Source: Moniliella sp. 'wahieum' (taxonomy: Eukaryota). Taken from it: a stretch of DNA of 64,000 nucleotides. Under the pieces are notes generated by a model. The model saw only the letters and a program-made list of their open reading frames with translations, was not told the origin of the DNA and did no database searches. The DNA lies in NCBI GenBank assembly GCA_003971905.1, contig RSEE01000082.1, positions 1-64,000 on the forward strand, in the 5' to 3' direction. Positions within the stretch are counted from its first letter, which is position 1, and every line of letters begins with the position of its first letter. Made by a program: the position numbers and the translations under genes. This document shows positions 10,561-21,136 of the stretch, piece after piece.

Positions 10561-11654
10561 AGGCCGAGGGTAGATAGCTCGCTACCCGAAGGGGAGGGAG
10601 TTATGCCGAGGCGATAGCTCGCTACGAAATCGTCCGCTCGTTGCAGCATATGGCCTCCGTTTTCAATCCGACGCACCGTTGAGAAGTTACACCCACCCAT
10701 CCCTAACCCTACCCACCCCGACCCAACACCCACCCTCCGATGGCCTCGACGATAGCTCGCTATAAAATCGTCCGCTCTATGCAGCATATGGCCTCCGTTT
10801 TTCGATCCGACGCACCGTTCAAAAGTTACCCACCCATCCCTAACCCTACCCAACCCAACCACCCCACAAATAGGATCCGTACCAACTGTAGGCTGGAAAC
10901 AAATAGAAATCGACACTAGTGTCAAATTGCATTTGTGGCCGTCAAATAATCGATCAGCCATACCAACTGTATCACTGAACATACGTCTAGGCCCGGCCCA
11001 GAGCTTGTACAATTTTCACCAACCGGGCTCGCTGGTTTTCACCTAGTGGTTTTTCAAACAAGGTGGGGGCCGATTTCAAATTGAAAATCACCAATTGATG
11101 CTGACAACATATGTCTAGGGAGTTATGCCGAGGCGATAGCTCGCTATAAAATCGTCCGCTCTATGCAGCATATGGCCTCCGTTTTCGATTGGGCCAACCG
11201 TTCAAAAGTTACACCCCCCATCCCTAACCCTACCCACCCCGACCCACAACACCCACCCTCCGATGGCCTCGACGATAGCTCGCTACGAAATCGTCCGCTC
11301 GTTGCAGCATATGGCCTCCGTTTCTCGATTGGACCACCCGTTCAAAAGTTACACCACCCATCCCTAACCCTACCCACCCCGACCCACCCCACCCACCCTC
11401 CGATGGCCTCGACGATAGCTCGCTACGAAATCGTCCGCTCGTTGCAGCATATGGCCTCCGTTTTTCCATTGGACCACCCGTTGACAAGTTACACCCCCCA
11501 TCCCTAACCCTACCCACCCCGACCCACCCCACCCAGAGCTTGTACGATTTTCACCAACCGGGCTCGCTTTTTTTCACCTAGTGGTTTTTGGGACAAGGTG
11601 GGTGCCGATTTCAAATTGAAAATCACCAATTGATGCTGACAACATATGTCTAGG
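10561..11654. repeat. Compound array A-B-A'-B of subtelomeric modules (five ~140-bp telomere-seed units, two ~120-bp B modules)
   Basis: Module A at 10562-10991 matches 23-468. B (ccagagcttgtac..gatgctgacaacatatgtctagg) lies at ~10998-11119 and ~11533-11654. Three more 140-bp units lie at ~11120-11533. Confidence 0.92.
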
Positions 11655-12006
11655 CCAGCCCCGGCGTTCAACATTCAACGCTCACCGGTAACGCACGTGG
11701 ATGCGGTCGCCTGTCGGGCGTACCATCGTCACCAAACCGCGGCGTCCACAGCGCGTCGCATGTCACACACCCATTGTAACCCACCCTCACACGTACATGC
11801 AATGCCCCATCCCGGTCATGCCACCGCGGTTGCACGCTGGCTCCACCCCGCACGGAACATTCCCCGCCCCGGACCTGTCACATCCGTTGCCGCATGGGGC
11901 GTTAGCGTGTGTCACATGTCACATGGCACATGCGGTGTTAGCGGGCGGCACATGCGGGCTCATTAGTAAGTAGCCCCCATGCCGATCATTTCGAGCTGGC
12001 ACCGCC

Positions 12007-12192
12007 AGGACACTGGCCCCGCACCCAAACTGTCAGAGGTCACCAACCGTCAGGCACCTCCTTCGCCTCCGCACGTTTCAGACGGGCCAGCGTAAACTCT
12101 GCATTCCAGGACACAGGCCCCGCGCCCAAACTGTCAGAGGTCACCATCTGTCAGGCGCCACATTTTCGCACTTACACACTGTGGTGCCTGAC
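12007..12192. repeat. ~100-bp tandem duplication with downstream hairpin
   Basis: caggacac.ggccccgc.cccaaactgtcagaggtcacca at 12007 and 12107; gtcaggcgccaca / tgtggtgcctgac inverted pair at ~12149-12192. Confidence 0.85.
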
Positions 12193-12287
12193 ATTTTGCA
12201 ACCTCTGTAATTCTGAGACGAAAAACGTCATTTTCATAGAGAAAATCGACGGAGTTATGCAGTCCTTCACGTGAATATCTGACTAGG

Positions 12288-15045
12288 GCCCGGCTGCAGT
12301 AGCGCAACACATTGCCCAGCCGGTCCGCCACACGCATTGTGCCCACCACCAGGTGCTCCTTCTCGTACTCACGCACAAAACGCACCCGCCTCGTCTGCCT
12401 TCGCTGTCCAGTCGAGCGTCCCATCCGAGCGCACCGCCTCTGCATCGTTCAGCAGCCGCCGGTGCAGCGACGCGACCATCGACAGACGCAGGTTCCACAT
12501 CAGCCCCGCCATCGCCGGCGACACTTGGTTCGGCGCACGAAACAGCAGGTGGCCCACCGTGCCTGTCCCACCTCCCGGGCGTCGGACGCTGCTCTGGGCC
12601 CTCTCCCACCTCCTCCTCCTCCTCCTCTCCTTCCCCCTCCCCCTCCAAGCGATCGTCATCATTCGGCTGCTGGAGAATGTTGCCCACGACGGCGTGCCTA
12701 GTAACAGTGGGCGGACGCGCCTGCTGCGGCTCATCTGCCTCGGGCGGGTACCAGATGCCGAGACACTGGCTAAAGGCAAACAGCCACAGGGGCCTACATC
12801 CTCCAGGGTCGCTGCCCAAGGCCGTGTCGTGGTCATCTCGAGCCAGATCGCAAGGCGCTGCCAAAGCGGGTCGTAGTCAAGCTGCTGCGTCCCGGATTGT
12901 CAACCGGGGGCTCCCAGGGGTTCGGCGCAAGGACATCGGCGACAAAGCTTTCCAGGGCACTCTCGCCCACTGGCATGCCGTCATCCTCCAGCGCCTGGAT
13001 GAAGGCCTGCTCGTGCATCGACAAGACGCGACTGGCCAGGTCGGCCAGCGGGTGCTCCTCTGTGCTGCCCAGCGTCGCCCGCGCTCCGAGGAGCAACTGC
13101 ATAAAGACAAAGCAGTCGCCTAACAAGCCGGGTGTACTTGCGGATCGTGTCGGTACGGACCTGCAAGCCAAAGCGATGGAAGCACGAAAACTCGGACTCT
13201 TGCCCGGCTGGAGCAATGGCATGCTGGACGGGGTGGGAAAAGGCGAGAAGCGCCCGGGCCCAATGGTACAGGTTGTTATTGGCACGCTTGCGTTCGTGGT
13301 TCATGTTTGGCAGATACCGCATCTCGGCCAAGCGCATCAGCGGTACCCCGGCCATCAACTCGGACACATGCCACATGCGAGGGAAGGAGCCCATGAAATG
13401 CTCGCCATCCGCAATGGTCAGCGGATCCTCTCCCGGCATGTGAGGCATCAAGCTGGGCGAGCCCTCCTCCCGGTAAGGTCGGTATACGTCAGCAGAGGCC
13501 GCCGTGGCGGAGAGGCGTCGCGCAGGGGACGGGGATAAGGACGATCGGGCGCCGCGGCTGGTGGAGAGGCGTTGCGCTGCCGCCGCGGGGGGCAGGCGAG
13601 GGCGAGGGAGACTGCGTCGGCCGGCCTGCCTCGGTCGACTCTGCCTCGCTAGGGGATGCTTCCTGGGTGCGTGCTGGTCGCCGGGTGCGCGCTGGTACCC
13701 AGTCCCATTCCGATTCGGAGTCGCTGGCCTCATCCACGTCTCTCCGCTCGGTGTCGCTGGTATCCTCGTCACTCTCTCGGGATCTGTTGCTCGTTGTATC
13801 GTCATCCGTTCCTCGGTTGCGCACCGGGCTGGTTGGAGGGGGCGACTGGACAGCTGCGGCTGCATCAAGGCGCCTCGCAGCATCGATCGCGGCTGGTGGC
13901 GCATCGGGCCCAACAATGGCAACGGTAAGGTCGTACAAGACTCGTTGGGTGGGAAGCCAGAGCGGACGAGGGTGGTGGCCGGTAGTGCTGGCATGCTTGG
14001 CGTGCGGGGTGGTGGGTGCGTGCTACCTTCAAACATGTGCGGCACACCTCCTTGGGAGGGGAAATGACGATGCGGTCGACTGGCTCGGACAGGTACGTGC
14101 TAAAGTCCTTGGGCTCAGCAGAGCGGGGTACATGTGGGGAGGGAACATGCGAAAGGCGTTGCGGGCAGCCTTGGCGTTTGCGCGGTTGATCAAGGGATGT
14201 GTGCCGCTGACCCGGAAAGCTTTGACTCTGTTGCTTGAGATATGCGATTCGGGGACAAAGTATTTGCATACGTTGCAATACAAAAGGCGCAAGCTGGGGT
14301 GGTACTCGAGACCCAGTGGTTCAATCGCGAGACGGATGAGATGGAACGGATCATTGAAGATGGAGGCAGCGACCTGTCCTTTGAGTTGACTGCATTTAGA
14401 GGCGTGCTGACGCGCGTTCTGTGCGATTTGCGAAACAGGCGGAGCAGGCGGAGCATTGGTAGCCTGCGACAGGCTTGGTCAGGTTGGGAGCCGGTGGAAG
14501 AGAAAAGGGGGGGGAGAGGACGTACGTGGGCGTTTGGTGGATGGTCACCTTGTGCTTGGGCAACCCTCTTTGGACAAGAATGTGGGTGGTGATGGTGTCG
14601 GGGCGTGCGTGGGAGAAGGCAAGGGCGGTAGGGGAGATGAAAGCGGCGAGGTAGGTGCAGCAACAGGAGCTGGGGATGCTGGCTGCTCATCCAGAGGATC
14701 TTGTGTGCCCTCGAGGCGCGGGTCTTGCGTGGTTGCTGCAAGTGCTAGGATCTGGAGAGGCGTCGGGTTGGGAGGCGGAGTGGGGCTCGTGTCTGTGCCC
14801 GGACGAGGAGAGGCAGGGATGGTTGACAGCTGGGAGCAAGCCGCGTTGTTGGTGAGAGCTGGGCGGTCCATGCGGCGAGGCAACGGCGTGTCGGATGCTG
14901 CTCGCGCTGGAGGTGGTGCACCAGACGGGCCGGTCGAAGGTGTGAAGGGGCGATGTTGGCTGCCAGGCCTGGCCGTGCTGGGATGAGACGAAGCAGGTGT
15001 TCCGCAGTCAAACGTGGCAGCTGGCGTCGTAGGCAAGGCAGGCAT
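12288..15045 (-). pseudogene. Truncated N-terminal portion of a fungal telomere-linked helicase (TLH)-type gene with an OrsD/DUF3505-like Zn region; RecQ domain absent
   Basis: Pieced across frames: LGLEYHPSLRLLYCNVCKYFVPESHI (~14330-14240), EVCRTCLKV, LQVRTDTIRKYTRLVRRLLCLY, LFRAPNQVSPAMAGLMWNLRL, RFVREYEKEHLVVG..LRYC. This motif order resembles subtelomeric TLH-family N-termini. Transcribed toward the telomere; cut off at ~12287. Confidence 0.65.
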
Positions 15046-15753
15046 GGTAACGCGAGGATGGTGGGACGTGAGGAGGAAGGGGCGCGTTGGGAGGCGTGGA
15101 AAGAGGAGGAAATGAAAGAATGCAGGCAGCGCGACGCGTGTGGAGTACAATTTATTACGCTGCCGCCGTGCGGGTGCATGCATCGACGGCTGATGCGCGT
15201 ACGAGAGGCGACACGACTTGGCGGCGTGTTGAGCGATGCGCGCTGCACCAAAATGGACACATCTCGGCCGTTTCTCACCGATTGGGCTGCAATTTGGTAT
15301 GCTGCTAGCCATCGCATGGGGCCAGCTATGGCAGGCGATGAAGTCAATACACGACGCTTGCAGCTGAGACCCAAGGCGCCGTGCACGCGGTGGTGCTACA
15401 GCCCAATGGCATCCTATTATGGCATCTACTCTACATGCAACGACCATACCTGGTTGGAAATGGGGGGGGTCGCAAAACAAGTGTGGAGTTCGTAGAGTGG
15501 AGATGGAGTGGTGGTGGCGGGAGTAAAGGTGGTAGTGGAGGTGGGGAGTGGGGGTGGAAGTGGGGGTGGGAGGGCTGGCGTGTGCGTTGGAGGCGGCGGC
15601 GGCGCGCGTGGGGTGTGCAGTGACAGTGGCGGTGGGCGGTGGCAGTGCTGGGGTAAGTGATGCGAGCAGCAGCACCTTTGATGGTCAAGCGTTGGTCAGC
15701 ACGGTCAGCGGTCAGCCGGTCACCGGCCAGGGCCTGTCGGCCCCGCCGGCCGG

Positions 15754-15872
15754 CCAGAGCTTGTACAATTTTCACCAACGGGCTCGCGGTTTTCACCTAG
15801 TGGTTTTCAAACAAGGTGGGGGCCGATTTCAATTGAAAAATCACCAATTGATGCTGACAACATATGTCTAGG
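15754..15872. repeat. Third copy of ~120-bp module B
   Basis: ccagagcttgtacaattttcaccaac..aaaatcaccaattgatgctgacaacatatgtctagg. Confidence 0.92.
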
Positions 15873-16480
15873 GTGACAGCAGGTTCGCCAAGCGAGTGCA
15901 CATGGGCCGGCAGAGCGTCCAGACGGGACGGCATGGCACGCTGCACGGTATGCGTTGGCATGGCCGAGCCTGAAACGAAGATGGCCAAGACGAGGATCCG
16001 GATGGCCAAGCCAAGCGTCCAGACAACCAACTCAAGCGCTGCAGTGGTGGGGGCAGGCGAGGCTGTGACCATGGACGGCCAGGACGCCAGACCGAGGCCA
16101 GCGGGCACGCACAACACCATGCACCATCCCCTGCACCATTCCCTGCTTCCGCTTGACCGACCTGACGGTGGCGATGGTCGAATGAATGGCGGTGGTGGCC
16201 GAGTCAACGGTGGGGATGGCCGAGTCAGAGGCGGGGATGGCCTGGGCGTGCGTGGGAGGTGGGAGCGCGGCGCTGGGGAGGGTGGGGAGGCAGGTGGAGG
16301 GAAAGAGCCCCGGGGTGGTGGGCAGTGCTGCAGAGACAGAGCCTGGACAGAAGACATAGAAGCGAGAGGGTCAGTGGAGGGCCGGGGGTGTGGCAGATGA
16401 GGCGCGGGAAACGGAGGTGAAAAGGGGAGCTAAACGAGGCAACAGGCCTTGGGGCCCGGACAAAGCCAGGCGGATTGGGG
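15873..16480. repeat. G-rich dispersed repeat, most centromere-proximal subtelomeric copy
   Basis: Homologous to ~9640-10175; gaggcaacaggccttgggg at ~16436. Confidence 0.8.
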
Positions 16481-18124
16481 TGTGGTGGCAGCAGAAAACC
16501 AACCAAATCCATCGCCAGGCCAGCGCATATAGGCGCCGCTGGCTGATGAAACGTTTAAACTTTTAATTGCACGATGGATGCGTGGCCTGCGCCGTCACAT
16601 GCACGTCACATTGGCTCCGCCCGCCACCGATAGCTGATCTCGCTCCCATTACAATTTCTTCGTCTCAAGCGTCTGGCACTTTCCCTGTTTCTTCCACTTC
16701 GCATCATGTCCTCTGCTCTTGCTTCTTCACCCACGAACGATTGCTACACCCCTTGGCCTAGTCTCGATTCTGGTCCCTCGCCTTAGCCCCGACTGTGGCA
16801 GAGAAGCATTGCTTACAGACAGGGGCGGAAAGGGAAATAAGGCGATTGATAAGAAAGAAAGCGGGACAGGGAAGACCAGGGGGGTACGGTTGCCACAAGT
16901 GCAACCTAGAAAGACAAGGTAAAGGGGCACAAGGCGACTTTCATCACAAAGGAGGCATAGCCCAAGAGCTTCACCTTACTCCGCTGTGGTCCACACCACA
17001 GGTTCCGTACTAACTGTCTCACCGATCATCATATAGTTGAGCTCCTTCACACGTTTTGAGTGTTTATTCACGGGTTAGGGCCTCTCTGGCCCGGTCGTGG
17101 CCTGCGTCGCTCTTCCATCCGGTTCGCTAGGTGCCAAGACTACCGGACACCATGTTGTGCCGCCGCAGGTGGCTCGTGTGCTCTGGCCAACGTCCTTTCA
17201 CTCCCTCCTCAGGCCCAGGAGTCCCGTTGCTTGTTCGCTTCTGTTTTAGTCCGTTTGGTCCGCAGCCTACTAGTGTGGAGACCATACGAGAGCTGAATCA
17301 AACTCAATTCTCAATCAGGAAGGACGATTACTAGTACTTTACAGGGACATGGGCATCTACTGCGTAACTGCATAGTAAGTACTGGATGACTCACACACGA
17401 AGCAGATGATGTCAGTGGGAGTGTGGAGGTGGCTGTCCCTCTGAACCGTTTGGTTATTAGCCTTCATAGCTTCATGTAAAGCGTGTCGTGGCTCTTCTGT
17501 GATGCATCAGCAGCCTGCACCGAGGCCCCCGTCAATCTTCATAGCTTCATCCCCCGCTCACAAGGCCCTAGATCTCCACAGTTGCAGTATACCACTTCGG
17601 TCCCGCAGTCTTCGGGAGGTAGGTGAGTAATTAAGGTTCAACCACCCCACCGCCCACTGAACGCCCAATATAGCTGCGCTGCGGAACGCTTAGACAACAA
17701 ACGGGGTAGCGACGCAACCTGGTGCACTAAAACGTCGCTCGGCCTCGGTTGTCCCGATGGGTTACGCCACCATACTTCCCTCCGCACCGCCCGCGTGTCC
17801 CCGCAAGGACATGACATGGACAGACGGGTTGGCCACAACTGAGGCCAAATAGGGTCGAAGAGCATGTATAGCCAGAATCCCATCGCTCGGTTCTGTGGAC
17901 ATGAGCGTGCGGCCGCCAACAGCCTAAACGAGCCTCGGGGATCCGTGCCCTCCTGCAGGTCAGCACATCCACCCGGATACTCCGGCGTCCTCTTCCTGCT
18001 TTCTCACCCATGTGGAGCAGAGCGGAGGCGGGCATACCCACACCACCCGATCATCGGCCCTGGGCGTCGCTCCACATGCTCTCGCCAGTTATATTTAAGG
18101 TGCTTTGCGTCGCTGCATCCACGA

Positions 18125-19422
18125 ATGCACAGCGTACCCCACCACCACCATCACCACCACCCTCTGCCTCACCTTCTTCAATCCACCGTCCGCTTACGCC
18201 CTCATTATGCGCTTGCTTCTCTCTGCTGGGCGCTTCTTTTGGCGCCTCTTCCTACAGTCTCTGCAACCCCATTCCCCGCAAGCTCTCGAGGGTTGAGCAA
18301 CACCGTCGCCAAGGACAATGCGACCCAGGCTCCTTGCATCACCGAATCGCAAGTCAAGAGCCTCCAGCTGGCCGTTTACCAAGCCGATGCCCAGGTATGT
18401 TTCTTTTCTCCTCAGCACCCGTAACCACCAGTACAGTCCTGTATGTTGAGCTAACTTCTTGTGCTATCGGTATGGGAACGTAGGTGGCGCTCTTCAATCA
18501 CGGGCTCCAAAAGTTCAACGAGAAAGACTGGGAGGCTGCTGGCTTGAACTGCAACGACACGGCGCAGCTCAAGTGGATGGCAAACACATGCACCAAGCAC
18601 CGCCAGCTGCTGGCCAAGAAGCTCAAGTCGGCCAATGCGGATGTGCCCCAGCCCTGTACGTACAAGTGGGATTGCGAGGACACCCTCCCGGCCTATTTTA
18701 AGTACACGCTGGATATCGTCCAGAATGGGGTTTCGGGCATGTTGGGAGGCCTCATTGAAGATGAAGAGCACCCGTATCCGTATGTCGTTTCGCAAATCGC
18801 TTCAGGCACACAAGGAATCCTTGGTATTCTCCGTCAATTTGTTGGTGTCTTCCCCAACCCTTCGGCCATGCCCCCACTGCTACCATCGCATCTCCACTGG
18901 AGTGTTGCCATTAACAACATTCGCGAGTGCCCTACGGGGAACCCTCTTCCATTTGAAAAGACGTTCGATCCGTTGAATATCACGAACCAACCATCGTATG
19001 GCACGAGGACCCCTGGGCTGAGCAACCTTGACCCCCCACTCTTCTACCCGGGCGAGGAGCTCAACTTCAAGTGGAAGTCCAACACCACCAGGGGACCGTT
19101 CAACCAGACGTCGGGTGCCGCCAAGCCTCCCACTCATGCCGTGTTTATGACCGAGGACGAGACCTTCAAAGCTCCTCTCACCAATGTCGGGCCTGATGGC
19201 GCCACGGTAAAGCTTCCAGCTGGCAACGACGACTCATCTTCTGGTTCAGGATGGGATGAGAACGGGAAGTTGTCTTCCTCGGTAAACGAGACTTGGCTCA
19301 GTGGCCCAGTCTACATTATTCTTGTTGATGACTCTTTCACCAACAGCCAACTGGCAGCTCGCTCTGACTCTAATTCCTTTACGGGAGTGAGTTCTGGTCC
19401 CGTTCTCCTTTCCTCTAAGTGA
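18125..19422 (+). CDS. Secreted Rds1-like / ferritin-like (Ferritin_2) domain protein, 2 exons
   Basis: Hydrophobic signal-like stretch (ALASLCWALLLAPLPTVSA). Intron 18395-18483 (GTATGT..GCTAAC..TAG) joins in frame. Exon 2 contains GLQKFNEKDW..LKWMA..H..LL..PQPCTYKW..GVSG..LRQFVGVFP..CP.GNP. Start codon uncertain (18125, or 18207 with an indel). Confidence 0.75.
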
Positions 19423-20179
19423 GCCTGTCTTCGTTACTGGCCTTTTTGGATGCGACACCACACCATTCTCGTCGCTTCGTTTTATGGCTTTCCCACCGAC
19501 TTACAGACCCTGATGCATTCATCATATAGATGAACACAAACCCCTTCTAAGATCAGCCACTTTTGTCCACACCACCTGTCCTCTTCCTCTCGACACTCGG
19601 ACGTTTTCGAGGATGATTGCATGATGATATATAACCATCCACACGTGATGATCCCAGTTGAGATATGGAATGTTTCTCTCAGCTGACGCGCTAAAGGTTC
19701 TCACCTCTATTGTAGTAAGAGTAGAGAGTAGGCCCCACAGGGTTACAACATGCCAGAGAACCCAGCGCAGCAACGGGTTCGCCATTGACCCTTGTTTGGA
19801 TTGTGTGGTGCTAATTGTAATTGTGCTCGCCTGACACCGCATCCCACTCTCTACCCATCCCAGGGAAAATGCCAACAGCCAACTTAAATTGCTCCTAATG
19901 ATGCCGTTCCGGATTGCAGCGCGCGTGTCCGTTGGGAATCATCTCACCCGTGTCGACGAAGATCATCATTGAGAGACCTCTATAGGCGCCCAAGTTATTC
20001 CAATCCTATATGTTAGCAATCTCCCGTCAAGTGCAAAGCTGCGTGTGGGGAGGGTAGTGGAGGGCATGCGCCTTGCGTTGCGGTCGCCCAGCCGCGGCTA
20101 GTGTGCTAGCAAGGCTAAGAGCTGTTCCATGTGAGTTGCAAGTGTATTTCTCATTGGGAAGTATTCTTCTTGACCGAGG

Positions 20180-21136
20180 CTAGTTTGGCTTGGGCAAGAA
20201 GGATTTGCATTCCTCGAAGACTTCAAAGGGGGGGACAGGTTTGCGTCCCGTCAGTTCCTCCACGGCCGAGGTAACTTCGGCCATGAGGCCGCGACGAATC
20301 ACCTGTCCACTGGCCACCAGATCCCCGGTAATCAGCTTCATGGGCGTGTGGTTCTTGGACGTGTCCCCCTCGATGGTGCGGGGCACTCCACGAGATTCCC
20401 AAAAGTTATACAGGTCCACATCCTCGACTGGCTTGAGCTTGGCATGGTAACCTGCAATCTTGGCGAACATGTCCAGCGCTTCCTGCGACGTGATGGGTTG
20501 GGGTCCAGAAATTTCGTAAATCGTGTTGACCTTGCCCTTGCCCATCAGCAGCGCGCCGAGGCACCGGCCACAGTCGTCGCGCGACGACATAGGCACCCGC
20601 CACGCCGCCAGAGTTGTCGAGCCAAGTGTCGTTATTGTAGTGCCAGGAGGGAGACATGTGCTGAGGGAGGTTCTGGGCGTATAGATAGTTGCGCTGGATG
20701 GAGTATTGCAGGCCAGAGGCAAAGATCATGGCCTCGGTGACTTTGTGATCGAGAGGCAAGACAGGCACATCGTACTTGAGCCCTGCACCGCAAAAGGATG
20801 TGTATCCGATCCGCTTCACCCCGGCTTCTTTGGCAGCATCAATCACGTTCTTGTGCTGGCCTTGACGGCGCTTGCCCACCAACCATGTGGAAACAAAGCT
20901 GACGGCCTGCGCGTCCTTAAACGCTTTCCTCATGCCGCTCGGGTCATCGTAGCTCAACGAGATGATGTGTGCGCCTTCTTTTCCCATTCGGAGCGCAAGT
21001 TGGCAGGAATGGCTTCTTCTTTGTAGCTCGCCAAAATGAGTTCTTGGCCCACTGTTTTGATGTCCAATGCGTACGAGGCGGCCACGCGGCCCAGCAGGCC
21101 ATCGGCGCCCATGAGAATGTACTTGCCGGCCAACAT
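20180..21136 (-). CDS. NmrA-like atypical SDR NAD(P)H-dependent oxidoreductase (frameshifted in assembly)
   Basis: MLAGKYILMGADGLLGR (Rossmann motif), QHKNVIDAAKEAGVKRIGYTS, DHKVTEAMIFASGLQYSIQRNYLY, YEISGP, VEELTGRKP; spread over three frames. Confidence 0.85.

Noticed and set aside
29..10991. LTR retrotransposon bounded by the two module A copies
   Set aside because: No TG..CA ends, PBS/PPT or gag/pol remnants; module A also occurs as partial tandem copies.
16540..16566. CTGATGA as a hammerhead ribozyme core of a Penelope-like element
   Set aside because: No stem II followed by GAAA, and no flanking helices could be formed.
16794..16897. TGTGGCA..TGCCACA short inverted ends suggesting a solo LTR or MITE
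   Set aside because: Only 7 bp, no target-site duplication and no second copy in the window.
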